This document shows, piece by piece, positions 6,649 through 15,791 of a stretch of DNA of 64,000 bases. Within the stretch, counting starts at the first letter, position 1, and each line of letters opens with the position of its first letter. Origin of the DNA: a virus (Duplodnaviria; Heunggongvirae; Uroviricota; Caudoviricetes; Herelleviridae); IMG/VR virus record IMGVR_UViG_2974502414_000001. The stretch is one strand, 5' to 3'. Made by a program: the position numbers and the translations under genes. The notes under the pieces are model-generated. The model was not told where the DNA came from and made no database searches. It saw nothing but the letters and a program-made list of their open reading frames with translations.

Positions 6649-7134
6649 TTACTTATTCTCCTTGATTTTTTTTAGATAGTTTTCATAATAAGCTCTTGAT
6701 TCTTGTGTTAACTTTTCTCTTTCTTCTCTAGACCATTGTAATGCTCCCCAAAATTTCTCATAATTTTCTTTTGATAAGTCACCTAGTGGACTGCCCTTAG
6801 GTAAGTCTTTAGTAGCTTCTTTTTGTATTTTTTCTCTTTCTTTTTTAATTTCATCTAGTTTTTCTTGATTACCTTTAAATGTGACTCTTGGTTTGGATAG
6901 TAAGAATTCTAGTATTTCTTCATCTGTAAATACCTTTGCATAACTATCTTTCCATGTAGTATCTTCATAAGAGTGTTTACCTGTATCTTCTAATTCTTTT
7001 AACGCCAATTTTGAGTAACCTTTTGCATCTATAAGCCCTCTAGTATACATACTTGCAGGGTCTAAGAATTTTATTTGGTTCTCATAATTAATAATACTTG
7101 TTTCGAGTTTAAGTTTGGCTTGTTCTTTGTTCAT
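6649..7134 (-). CDS. hypothetical protein (161 aa)
   Basis: ORF track; tight packing with neighbours. Confidence 0.55.
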   Translation of the reverse strand: MNKEQAKLKLETSIINYENQIKFLDPASMYTRGLIDAKGYSKLALKELEDTGKHSYEDTTWKDSYAKVFTDEEILEFLLSKPRVTFKGNQEKLDEIKKEREKIQKEATKDLPKGSPLGDLSKENYEKFWGALQWSREEREKLTQESRAYYENYLKKIKENK

Positions 7135-7146
7135 ACTTAATCCTCC

Positions 7147-7554
7147 TTATACATTTACACTCATGATTAAGTAAAAGTCATAGAATTTACCTTCATATTG
7201 TTCTACATTGTATATATGAGACATTAATCTATAATAATATTCTGCATCATGTGTACCTTTAAACGTTTTTTCATTAAACTCATTTTTCATTAGATTAACT
7301 AACTTGTCTTTAGTTAGTACGAATACACCTTCACACCATTCTTCAAACTCATCATAATATGTCTCTGCATCTCTTAAAAGTAAGTCCATAAAATATCCTG
7401 GTTTTCTAAAGTCATCTTCAAAGTTAAATCCTTTATAATAATTCTTTTCTAATATATGTCTATACCTAGCGTTATTAATAAAGTGCTGTAAGCCTTTCTG
7501 TTCCACTTTTCTATTACTTAATGTCACACCGATTACTTCAAAGTCTAGTCCCAT
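7147..7554 (-). CDS. hypothetical protein (135 aa)
   Basis: ORF track. Confidence 0.55.
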   Translation of the reverse strand: MGLDFEVIGVTLSNRKVEQKGLQHFINNARYRHILEKNYYKGFNFEDDFRKPGYFMDLLLRDAETYYDEFEEWCEGVFVLTKDKLVNLMKNEFNEKTFKGTHDAEYYYRLMSHIYNVEQYEGKFYDFYLIMSVNV

Positions 7555-7985
7555 TATTTTTCCTCCTCTTCATAAGACCACGTACCATATTCTGCATTAT
7601 AGTGTGCTGTATCTGCACCTTCATCTTCATATTCTACACTATACCATGCATCCTCCTCTGTTTCTGCATCTATATATCTTACCTCTTCTGTAGTAATAGT
7701 ACGTTTTACTTTGTATCTTTTCAACTGTTTTTCCTCCTTTATGTTTTCCTCTAGTATTTGTTTTAATGTTTGGCAGTCTTTTTGGTCTAGAGTATCCCAA
7801 CTCTCTAGATTTTGTAATTGATAAAGTAACTCATTTACAATTTCATCGAAGGATTCTGCTTTTCTATATACTTCTTCTAGTTCTGTTTCTGCTAATTTTC
7901 TATTTCTTTTAATTTGTTCTGCTTTAGCTACTAAGATATGGGCTTTATTCATTTCCTCTATAATAAAGTTTTTATAGTTTTCCAT
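7554..7985 (-). CDS. hypothetical acidic protein (143 aa)
   Basis: ORF track. Confidence 0.55.
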   Translation of the reverse strand: MENYKNFIIEEMNKAHILVAKAEQIKRNRKLAETELEEVYRKAESFDEIVNELLYQLQNLESWDTLDQKDCQTLKQILEENIKEEKQLKRYKVKRTITTEEVRYIDAETEEDAWYSVEYEDEGADTAHYNAEYGTWSYEEEEK

Positions 7986-7987
7986 TA

Positions 7988-8179
7988 TTATTTATCCCTT
8001 CTATTTTCTATCCGTTGTTTTATCTCTTCCCTATTGCGGTGGTGCTCCTTACTCATTTCTTTACGTTCCTTATTTGTTAACCTTATTCTATAAACAAGGT
8101 AGTTAATGTATAAGATACCGGCTGACCATAGTAGCAAGAATGATATTAAATAAGTCCATGAGATACTAATTTCTATCAT
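7988..8179 (-). CDS. small membrane protein (63 aa)
   Basis: ORF track; one TM helix. Confidence 0.45.
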   Translation of the reverse strand: MIEISISWTYLISFLLLWSAGILYINYLVYRIRLTNKERKEMSKEHHRNREEIKQRIENRRDK

Positions 8180-8661
8180 TGTGAGTCCTCCTTATATTCT
8201 TTATAGCTCTTAATGGCTATTTTACAAATACCTCTATTTACAGCAACAAATACTATAAATGATAATAGTGTTATAACTGCTCTTACATCCCCTGTAAAAG
8301 GTAATGATTGAAAGAGCAAATAGTTTTCTAAAACACTAATAGCTGTAATAGTAGTTAGATATAATATAGATAATAAGTAATCCTTTAATTTTAGTTTAAC
8401 AAATGGTTTTTTGTGCTCACCTGTTCTTACAATACCATAAAGTATTATGAACCACATAACAGGTACTAACTGTATAATAAAATCATTGTCTACATTTAAT
8501 GCATGTAGAGCGTAAATAATAACTGCAGGAATACCTATAATGAATGCTAGAAATACATAAAATATAATTAACATTATAGGAAGGGCTACAAGAAAACCTA
8601 GACCTTGTTTTGAATACTCTAATGTGTTTTTACCTAGGAACTTAAAAAATGTTTTATTCAT
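8176..8661 (-). CDS. multi-pass membrane protein (161 aa)
   Basis: ORF track; 4 hydrophobic segments. Confidence 0.55.
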   Translation of the reverse strand: MNKTFFKFLGKNTLEYSKQGLGFLVALPIMLIIFYVFLAFIIGIPAVIIYALHALNVDNDFIIQLVPVMWFIILYGIVRTGEHKKPFVKLKLKDYLLSILYLTTITAISVLENYLLFQSLPFTGDVRAVITLLSFIVFVAVNRGICKIAIKSYKEYKEDSQ

Positions 8662-9085
8662 CTTCTTCCTCCTTGGAATTACTTTCTGTAATTGTAATTT
8701 CTAACATATTATTGTAATAATCATTCTTTTGATTGATATTATAGTTATCATTGTATTCATTAAAGTCTACATAAATATATTCATTTGCGTCATTTTCATA
8801 AATAATATCTATAGCTGTAATATCTGAATATGCTGTAATCATTTCATAAGCGTTCGTATTATCAGGATAAGCAAAACCAACTTGAGGTATTTCCATAGGC
8901 TTATCAATAAGAATACCGAAATAAGTACAGTGACGTGTTCGACTTATACTTGAAGTCCCTTTATATGTACCATAGTAATCTATACCTTCTGTAATACCTG
9001 ATATATGGAACCTGCTTACGTCTTTAGGCTCTAATCTTACAACATCGCAATTCTCTAATACTAAATCAATATATTTGATATTCAT
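8654..9085 (-). CDS. hypothetical protein (143 aa)
   Basis: ORF track. Confidence 0.55.
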   Translation of the reverse strand: MNIKYIDLVLENCDVVRLEPKDVSRFHISGITEGIDYYGTYKGTSSISRTRHCTYFGILIDKPMEIPQVGFAYPDNTNAYEMITAYSDITAIDIIYENDANEYIYVDFNEYNDNYNINQKNDYYNNMLEITITESNSKEEEDE

Positions 9086-9098
9086 TTTAACTCTCCTT

Positions 9099-9641
9099 TT
9101 ATATTAATAATTTTTTCCATTCTTTATCAACCTTTTTAAGTTCTTTTTTATTATAGTCCCCGTCTTTAGTTACTACAGTGTTCCATTGGAACTTTTGTAA
9201 TAAGCTAAAATTATTTATAATCCATATATTACTTTTACTATAATACATATTGTCTTCAAATCTTATATCTTTTTCTATAAAATATTTATATATTTTATAT
9301 CTTCTTTCATCTGCACCTGATATTTTAATAATTTCATTAGTATTTAATTGAGTGGATAACTGGAAGATAACATCTTTTACTTTCAATAGGTCTTTAACAT
9401 TACCTCTGCCTACATGGTCATTATAGCAATCATATTTAACTTTTTTCTTTTGTTTTCTATCATTAACTACAATGAATATATTATATACGATATAAGCTTT
9501 AAAATGGGTATAGGTAGTAGGTGCTTCTGAATCATCACATTCTTTTCTTAGGTCTGTACATTGTATTTTTAATGTAATATTATTTGATATGTTAACTACA
9601 GTAGAGCCCTCATGTTTTTTATTAAGATTTATCTTATCCAT
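9099..9641 (-). CDS. hypothetical protein (180 aa)
   Basis: ORF track. Confidence 0.55.
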   Translation of the reverse strand: MDKINLNKKHEGSTVVNISNNITLKIQCTDLRKECDDSEAPTTYTHFKAYIVYNIFIVVNDRKQKKKVKYDCYNDHVGRGNVKDLLKVKDVIFQLSTQLNTNEIIKISGADERRYKIYKYFIEKDIRFEDNMYYSKSNIWIINNFSLLQKFQWNTVVTKDGDYNKKELKKVDKEWKKLLI

Positions 9642-9652
9642 TTTATAATTAC

Positions 9653-10141
9653 CTACTTATTGTAGATACAATGTACTCGAACATCTTCCATTACTTTGCC
9701 TAATAGATTCTGACCTTTCCAGTTACTTTGCTCTAATATTTTAGGGTCATTTGCTTTAAGACCTACTCCCCATATTTTATCATAAGGTGAAGCTTCTACA
9801 AAATCTTTACGTACATCTGTGTCTAATATTCTTTGCTTTAGGTGTGTAGTCATAAATTTATCTTTAACTACTTCTACCATAATATTATATCTTACTTTAT
9901 TCCACTGTTCTTCATTAAAATTACGAACTTTACGACCTAAACTTTTAGCATGGTTTGGGTTCTTAGCATTTAGTATTTCACCTGCTATTTGAAAGTCATT
10001 AAAGTATCTTGCTTTGCGCCACATAAAGGCTTGCTCTGAGTTATTAAATGTTCTTCCTTGGTGTTTAAACTTTATAGGGTAGAAATTAGAATAAATATCC
10101 TCTTTACCCCAAAACATAATATATTCCCTTGTTTCTCTCAT
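9653..10141 (-). CDS. NADAR (YbiA/DUF1768) family ADP-ribose-processing hydrolase
   Basis: 162 aa; N-terminal IMFWGKEDIYSNFYP...FNNSEQAFMWRKA matches NADAR signature. Confidence 0.7.
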   Translation of the reverse strand: MRETREYIMFWGKEDIYSNFYPIKFKHQGRTFNNSEQAFMWRKARYFNDFQIAGEILNAKNPNHAKSLGRKVRNFNEEQWNKVRYNIMVEVVKDKFMTTHLKQRILDTDVRKDFVEASPYDKIWGVGLKANDPKILEQSNWKGQNLLGKVMEDVRVHCIYNK

Positions 10142-10153
10142 AATATTTCTCCT

Positions 10154-10552
10154 TTAATTCCATAGTGATGGTAATACAATTTTAAAATTATCTAATATTT
10201 TACTTTGTACCTGTTCAAGCTCATCATATTTATCCATATCAAAATCATCCATTTCTTTATGATAATATTTTATTAAGCTTAAAATATGTTTTATCATATC
10301 TATTTGTGTTCTTTCTTTGCCGTCTACATCTACAAAAGTATGGTATTCCATATCCACATGATTACTACTCTCTATAAATGCATTTAGGTCAGCGTATAGC
10401 TGAATAAAAAAGGACATGTCATAATTCCAATACTTAGGTTCATTTCTACCTAGTTTTTTCTTCATTTTCTTATATTTTTTATTCTTTTTTATCCCAAAAA
10501 CTTCTTTTTCAAAGTCATTCAATTTAAGACCTTTAAAATATTTTTTCTTCAT
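10154..10552 (-). CDS. hypothetical basic protein (132 aa)
   Basis: ORF track. Confidence 0.5.
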   Translation of the reverse strand: MKKKYFKGLKLNDFEKEVFGIKKNKKYKKMKKKLGRNEPKYWNYDMSFFIQLYADLNAFIESSNHVDMEYHTFVDVDGKERTQIDMIKHILSLIKYYHKEMDDFDMDKYDELEQVQSKILDNFKIVLPSLWN

Positions 10553-11256
10553 TTCTTAACCTCCAATTTAATAAATGGAAAATCAATGTTTCTAAATACT
10601 GCGCCAACATCACACATTAACATGTCTCCATTAATTTCTACTTCTCCACTGTCTGTAGGGGTGTGACCACATACATAGGTAAAACCATCTTTTCTAGGTT
10701 GAAAGTCTCTTGACCATATTAATTGGTCAATTGTTTGTTCTTCTACAGGTTTCCAACTAACCCCACCTGAATGAGAGAATATATACTTGTCTTCTTTATA
10801 GTACTTTCTACAATTAACCATAAGTATTTTAAATTTTCTATAGTCGTCTGATTCTTTAAGTTTCTTTAGTTCACTTTTAATAAAATCATAATTATTTCTT
10901 AGATTTTCCTCTACACTACTATATTTTAAAGTTACTGTACTCACACCGTAAGAGTTAAGTGTTTCTATACAATATCTTGAGAGCCATTCAATATCATAGA
11001 TACTTAATCGGTCTACGTTTTCCATAATATTATAAAACTCATCATCATGGTTCCCTAACAGAGTTACTACATTATCATCATTAGACATTAAATCAAATAT
11101 ATAGTTAACAACATCTTTTGACCTTTTACCTCTATCTACATAATCTCCTAAAAATACTATTGTTTCTTCAGGTTTTCTTTCATTATTTATTTTATCCATA
11201 ATTGTTAATAATTTTTGGTATTCTCCGTAAATATCGGGAACAACGTATATAGCCAT
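10549..11256 (-). CDS. Ser/Thr protein phosphatase (calcineurin-like metallophosphoesterase)
   Basis: 235 aa; motifs GDYVDRG and GNHD. Confidence 0.85.
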   Translation of the reverse strand: MAIYVVPDIYGEYQKLLTIMDKINNERKPEETIVFLGDYVDRGKRSKDVVNYIFDLMSNDDNVVTLLGNHDDEFYNIMENVDRLSIYDIEWLSRYCIETLNSYGVSTVTLKYSSVEENLRNNYDFIKSELKKLKESDDYRKFKILMVNCRKYYKEDKYIFSHSGGVSWKPVEEQTIDQLIWSRDFQPRKDGFTYVCGHTPTDSGEVEINGDMLMCDVGAVFRNIDFPFIKLEVKK

Positions 11257-11312
11257 CTAATCTCCTCCTTATTGTATATAACTATCTTACCATACTTAGT
11301 AAAAAAAGTCAA

Positions 11313-11345
11313 TAAAAAAACACCTATTAAATTAATAGGTGTTTA
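11313..11345 (-). terminator. intrinsic terminator hairpin ACACCTATT-aaatta-AATAGGTGT flanked by A/T runs
   Basis: read directly; near-identical hairpin reused at 12292. Confidence 0.6.
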
Positions 11346-11355
11346 TCATTTAATG

Positions 11356-11910
11356 TTATTTTAAAGTATCATTACCATGTGCTAATTTTTTATCATCTAT
11401 TGCATGGTCATTATAAATATATTTAACCTCTATATACTGGTCTTCACTTTTCAGTGCATCTACTATAGAAGCATTATTAGTTATTGAGCTTGTTCTAGGG
11501 TAAGTAAATTTTTGACCGTCAGATAAAATAATAGTAACATCAACTTCAAAGTTAACAGGTAGTCTGTATCCATAATCTTCCAAATAATTAATAAAGTTAT
11601 TAAGAGAAAATGGTTTATACTTGCCATCTAAGGTATAGTCAATATATTCATTTAATGCATTAGTAAGTTCTGATTCTGTTAACTCCATTGTATCATAATC
11701 TTTTTCGTTATAGAATACTACAACATTAGGTTGTTCTATACTAGAATCTCCGTCTTTATACTTAGATATAAAAAATCCAATATTTCCTTTATGCTCTAAA
11801 TAATCTGCTTTCATAATTTTAAGTACTTCTTCTGCTATAGGTTTTGCTAATAGTGTTACCCATTCACCTTTTTCTGCGTCATAAACACTAGGTAGTACGT
11901 TTACCATCAT
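11356..11910 (-). CDS. hypothetical protein (184 aa)
   Basis: ORF track. Confidence 0.55.
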   Translation of the reverse strand: MMVNVLPSVYDAEKGEWVTLLAKPIAEEVLKIMKADYLEHKGNIGFFISKYKDGDSSIEQPNVVVFYNEKDYDTMELTESELTNALNEYIDYTLDGKYKPFSLNNFINYLEDYGYRLPVNFEVDVTIILSDGQKFTYPRTSSITNNASIVDALKSEDQYIEVKYIYNDHAIDDKKLAHGNDTLK

Positions 11911-11925
11911 TTAAATCTCCTCTTC

Positions 11926-12243
11926 TTAATTTATTGGTTTAAACCACAATTTACTCTTATCACTTGGTTCTGTTTCACTAACTACGAAAGAGTTAGAATC
12001 AATGTTTAAAGTATTAAAAACAATTTCTTGTTTGTCTTCATTACTTTTTGTTGTAAATTCGGGAACATCTGTTAATATAGACTCTTTACCATTAATAGTC
12101 CATGATATTTTAAAAGACCCTTGGCTATACACTGTATTCGGTGTCAGTTTTTCAATTATAATTTTAGCGGATGCACCTGTAATTTTTTCTGAAGATTTTA
12201 ATAATTTACCTTTGGAATCATATAAGTTTAATGTTCTCTCCAC
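11926..12243 (-). CDS. hypothetical protein (105 aa)
   Basis: ORF track. Confidence 0.5.
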   Translation of the reverse strand: MERTLNLYDSKGKLLKSSEKITGASAKIIIEKLTPNTVYSQGSFKISWTINGKESILTDVPEFTTKSNEDKQEIVFNTLNIDSNSFVVSETEPSDKSKLWFKPIN

Positions 12244-12284
12244 AAATTTTATCTCCTTTACTATATTTTGTACAATTAATATAA

Positions 12285-12315
12285 CAAAAAAACACCTATT
12301 AGTTTAAATAGGTGT
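12285..12315 (-). terminator. intrinsic terminator ending the tRNA-Met operon transcript (hairpin ACACCTATT-agttta-AATAGGTGT plus T7 on minus strand)
   Basis: stem 12292-12300 / 12307-12315; plus-strand A-run 12285-12291. Confidence 0.7.
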
Positions 12316-12870
12316 CCGACAGAGCTCCCGTACTTAGATTACGGTTAATAATATTTTACGACAACTATATGAGACCCTCTGTCGTTGAAACTCTTGTCAC
12401 TGCGTTATTCCACAAGATATTTTAGAAGGTAGCTTGTGGAAGAAGATTGTTTTTAAAGGTACAATTAGCGTTTTTAAGCCTATTCGATACCCAGGACACT
12501 ATGTCCGTACTAACTATTACGTCAATAAAGGTTCTACGGTCTCAATTACCTACTCTTTATTGTTAAAACTAAAATTAAGCTTGAGTGCTCTAGAAGCCAA
12601 AATCAATTAATTAACTATAGATACGGAATGGAGGGGCACTACCATCCGGAGTCTACGGTCAGATACAAAGCCTCTGCCGGGCAACATACGGTATCTCTCG
12701 TACATCAGGTTGACTAGACCTTTAGAGTTTTTCACTCCTTCTCTTATAACCAGTAACTTAAGAGAAATAGGTTTTACTTAGTAGATATGAAACAATAAAT
12801 CCACATACAATATTAAATCATAGTCAAGTGATTGCACATATGTCTAACACCTATAAGTTTTTTGCTAGCC
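12316..12870 (-). ncRNA. candidate structured non-coding RNA segment (about 555 nt, locally about 45-50% GC) forming the 3' part of the tRNA-Met operon
   Basis: no ORF of 60 aa or more in any frame; several hairpins (e.g. CCGTA-atctaag-TACGG); lies between tRNA-Met and terminator on same strand. Confidence 0.3.
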
Positions 12871-12877
12871 TGGTATA

Positions 12878-12949
12878 TGGACTCTGCAGGATTCGAACCT
12901 ACAGTCAAACCGTTATGAGCGGTTGGCTTTACCTTTAAGCTAAGAGTCC
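12878..12949 (-). tRNA. trnM: tRNA-Met (anticodon CAT)
   Basis: manual cloverleaf: acceptor GGACTCT/AGAGTCC, D-stem GCTT/AAGC, anticodon stem AACCG/CGGTT with loop CTCATAA, T-arm GTAGG-TTCGAAT-CCTGC. Confidence 0.85.
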
Positions 12950-12956
12950 TAGAAAT

Positions 12957-13023
12957 ATCCTGAGAGAGGACTCGAACCTCAACGACTAGGTAGCTACATC
13001 TAGCCAATGCCATTACTCAGGAT
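12957..13023 (-). tRNA. tRNA-like element or degenerate tRNA (about 67 nt)
   Basis: canonical T-arm (TGAGG-TTCGAGT-CCTCT) and acceptor (TCCTGAG/CTCAGGA); a standard D-arm and 7-nt anticodon loop could not be folded; anticodon unresolved. Confidence 0.35.
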
Positions 13024-13203
13024 TGCTAGTAACGCTAAATAGAATTATAACGTTACCGTAGACCTTTTCTACGCTTGGTAGATAGGTAAAATATAATGAT
13101 TTCAAAGTACCCATATAGTTAGGCTCTTATTCTCATTATAAGGTTAAAAAGGCTAACTGTGTTTAGCATTATATAAGAGGCTTTAGTTAACTACTATACT
13201 AAT

Positions 13204-13232
13204 AATATACCATAAATTATACTTAATGTCAA
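13204..13232 (-). promoter_or_regulatory. promoter TTGACA-17-TATATT for tRNA-Met operon
   Basis: reverse complement of 13227-13232 = TTGACA, of 13204-13209 = TATATT; same GTCAAGTTAATTT box as the tRNA-Asp/Phe/Trp promoters. Confidence 0.5.
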
Positions 13233-13777
13233 GTTAATTTATCAATTGAATCTATAATTTTTGATGTGCTACGTATATCTGCTTCTTTACTATGTTTAAG
13301 GAGATATTTTAATTTCATTAAAAAAGAATTTTTTTCTTTTTCTATAATATCTTCTTTATCATCATATTCTGAAAACATAATGAATTCTATACCTATACTA
13401 TTTCTATTATGTGAAAACATATTTATAGAAAAAGGTGAATCAAAATTTTTATCATCTTTATTAATACTAAAGTCTTCAGTAACCTGTAAGTCATTTATTT
13501 CAGATATTTCAAAGTAACCATTAACTCTTTTAAGTTCAATATAACTATTGTATCTAAAGTAACGTTGTTCTTCTATTAACTTCTCTTTTGTTATATAAGG
13601 ATATTCATTTATGAATATAGGATTACTTGTTCCATAGTTATCTCTAATATATTCTGCATCCTCTAGGGAATCAGTATAACCTAAAATTTCATAACTTGTT
13701 GTATACACTGTATCTTCTTCCCACAAGTCATAGTCCATTTCCTCTATTTCTTCTTCTAATATATAAATTTTTTTCAT
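13229..13777 (-). CDS. hypothetical protein (182 aa)
   Basis: ORF track. Confidence 0.55.
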   Translation of the reverse strand: MKKIYILEEEIEEMDYDLWEEDTVYTTSYEILGYTDSLEDAEYIRDNYGTSNPIFINEYPYITKEKLIEEQRYFRYNSYIELKRVNGYFEISEINDLQVTEDFSINKDDKNFDSPFSINMFSHNRNSIGIEFIMFSEYDDKEDIIEKEKNSFLMKLKYLLKHSKEADIRSTSKIIDSIDKLT

Positions 13778-13780
13778 ATA

Positions 13781-13999
13781 TTACTCCCAAACCCCGATAA
13801 GATTTTTAAGCTTAGCTATAACCTCTTCTTCTGTTTGATAAGAAAATACCCCTGTAATATGTTCATAGTTACCTACAATTTCATAATCTTGTGTACCATG
13901 TTTATCTACTAAGTATGAGTTATTCATAACATTTAAACTATCTTCTGAGTAACTAAAATTTATGTTATAGTCTACTAAAAAATTAATAATATTTTTCAT
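13781..13999 (-). CDS. hypothetical protein (72 aa)
   Basis: ORF track. Confidence 0.5.
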   Translation of the reverse strand: MKNIINFLVDYNINFSYSEDSLNVMNNSYLVDKHGTQDYEIVGNYEHITGVFSYQTEEEVIAKLKNLIGVWE

Positions 14000-14194
14000 T
14001 TACATAACCTCTCCTATCGGATATTGTCCTAGCATTCTTGTTCCATTTTCATTATAAAAAGTATATTCTACTACAATAATATTCATCATATCTACATATA
14101 TAGCTTCTATATACGGTGTAATATTTTCCTCTTCTTGTATGTGTTTACCTATGATATCATATAATAATTCTGAGTGTATTCGTTTATCTCTCAT
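14000..14194 (-). CDS. hypothetical protein (64 aa)
   Basis: ORF track. Confidence 0.45.
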   Translation of the reverse strand: MRDKRIHSELLYDIIGKHIQEEENITPYIEAIYVDMMNIIVVEYTFYNENGTRMLGQYPIGEVM

Positions 14195-14921
14195 TATAGA
14201 CCTCCGTAAGGAATTCTACAGTTTTGTCTTTCAAAGATTTTTCTACTAATTCCATAGCATCTTTATAGTGTTTGATATTAGATTCATTAGACTTAAGTTT
14301 ATCTTTTACTTCTTGAATTAGGGGCTCTACTTTATTAACCAAATCTTTTTTCTTTTCAATACTTACATTGCTTCTCTTATTGTCTAATACTTCTTTTGGC
14401 ATATATTTAACTTTTGCAAAGTCTTTATAGCTAACATTTAAGTTATCTAAATCATCTAATAAATCATTATAGTATTCTAAATGATTATAGAATGTATAAA
14501 ACTTAACAAGGTCTTTACCAGTTAATTCTCCTTTTTTTAGTATATTATTAATATTACCGATAACAGAATATGCTATAGGCTTAAAATTAGCTCTAACATA
14601 AGTTAAAAATATAAAATCATCATAAAATAAATCTAAAACAGTTTTATTGAATCTAGTATTTTTAGCTTGCTCTAATTGAGCACATAAATTAAGAACATTA
14701 TCAAACCCACTTTTTAGCACTAAAGAGATAAATCTTTCTACTGCATAGTATCTTGATACTTCTGTATGCTTACTTGCTTTTTCATTATTCCTAAATATAG
14801 TATCTGATAAAGGTTGAACAACTAAACTCATGTAATCTTTATCTGAATACTCATCTGATGTTCCTTGATAAGTACTTCCAAATTCTATTGTTGATAATAA
14901 GAAACTTTTTTCTAAGTTCAT
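14184..14921 (-). CDS. predicted nucleotidyltransferase (pol-beta superfamily fold)
   Basis: 245 aa; N-terminal GSTYQGTSDEYSDKDYM fits the hG[GS]x9-13Dh[DE]h NTase motif. Confidence 0.55.
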   Translation of the reverse strand: MNLEKSFLLSTIEFGSTYQGTSDEYSDKDYMSLVVQPLSDTIFRNNEKASKHTEVSRYYAVERFISLVLKSGFDNVLNLCAQLEQAKNTRFNKTVLDLFYDDFIFLTYVRANFKPIAYSVIGNINNILKKGELTGKDLVKFYTFYNHLEYYNDLLDDLDNLNVSYKDFAKVKYMPKEVLDNKRSNVSIEKKKDLVNKVEPLIQEVKDKLKSNESNIKHYKDAMELVEKSLKDKTVEFLTEVYNER

Positions 14922-14949
14922 TATAACATCCTCCTTTTATTTGTTATTT

Positions 14950-14985
14950 AAATAATAACATATATTGATAATAATGTCAATACTT
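14950..14985 (-). promoter_or_regulatory. promoter TTGACA-17-TATTAT for NTase gene
   Basis: reverse-complement reading gtaTTGACAttattatcaatatatgtTATTATt. Confidence 0.5.
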
Positions 14986-15088
14986 ATATATCTTCTTCTG
15001 TATCAACTTCATCTTGTTTATACTTAAAGTGTTCATAGACTTTAAATAGTATAATCCCTAGTGTTATTAATCCTAAAATATATTTCAT
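14984..15088 (-). CDS. small membrane peptide (34 aa, below cutoff)
   Basis: manual translation MKYILGLITLGIILFKVYEHFKYKQDEVDTEEDI; strong RBS AAGGAGG. Confidence 0.35.
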   Translation of the reverse strand: MKYILGLITLGIILFKVYEHFKYKQDEVDTEEDI

Positions 15089-15099
15089 AGCAATCCTCC

Positions 15100-15348
15100 T
15101 TAATAACCATGTTTAGTTACCCACCCTGCTAAAGCATCCATAGCTATATCATATTCTTCTTCATTTTTAATTCTTATAATTTTCTCTATTTCTTCCTTTG
15201 CTTGCTTAGAACTAATAAAATCAATATCAGTATCCTCTAGGTTAGTTAATTCTAAGTTTTCTCTAATAAAATTCTTTTGACTTGGTGTTATAGAATTAAC
15301 TCTTACATTTTCGTGATTTAGAAATTGGTAGAAGTCCATATTACTCAT
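15100..15348 (-). CDS. hypothetical protein (82 aa)
   Basis: ORF track. Confidence 0.5.
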   Translation of the reverse strand: MSNMDFYQFLNHENVRVNSITPSQKNFIRENLELTNLEDTDIDFISSKQAKEEIEKIIRIKNEEEYDIAMDALAGWVTKHGY

Positions 15349-15730
15349 CCTTTTTAACGTATTCTGCCATATCTTTTAAAATACTTAGTACATACTCTAA
15401 ATCTCTATATTGGTCATCTAACGAACCTATAATAGCATATGGTGTCATATCCCAGGCATGTGCACAGTCAAACCCTAATACTCTCTTACCCTCATAGTCA
15501 TAATCATCGTAAGTGATACCTCTATGAGCACGTCTTTCTAAGGAGTCATATTCTTTTTCATTGATATCTGAAGGTAAAGTTATATATCCATTTAAATGAC
15601 CAGTTTCAGGGTGTCTCTTAACAGTTAGTTTAACTCCTTTATAATAAATATCAAGACTTAAATCTTCTCCTAGAATATTGTTTTCTTTTTCTACTTTTTC
15701 CATAATGTATTGAGGTGCTTTTTTAAACAT
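15341..15730 (-). CDS. hypothetical protein (129 aa)
   Basis: ORF track. Confidence 0.55.
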   Translation of the reverse strand: MFKKAPQYIMEKVEKENNILGEDLSLDIYYKGVKLTVKRHPETGHLNGYITLPSDINEKEYDSLERRAHRGITYDDYDYEGKRVLGFDCAHAWDMTPYAIIGSLDDQYRDLEYVLSILKDMAEYVKKDE

Positions 15731-15761
15731 AATTAGTCATCTCCTTTTTATTTATATCTTT

Positions 15762-15790
15762 ACTATACACTATTTTTTATATTTTGTCAA
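15762..15790 (-). promoter_or_regulatory. promoter TTGACA-17-TATAGT (plus-strand TTTGTCAACA box)
   Basis: reverse complement of 15785-15790 = TTGACA, of 15762-15767 = TATAGT. Confidence 0.55.
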
Positions 15791-15791
15791 C

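Noticed and set aside
12316-12870. tmRNA, RNase P RNA, 6S RNA or group I intron in the tRNA-Met operon 3' region
   Set aside because: I could not find the conserved cores (tmRNA tRNA-like end with tag ORF, RNase P P4 region, group I P7/ωG context). Left as an unclassified structured RNA candidate.
12813-13013. ORF-track CDS (66 aa, minus strand)
   Set aside because: Lies on top of the tRNA-Met and tRNA-like genes; spurious.
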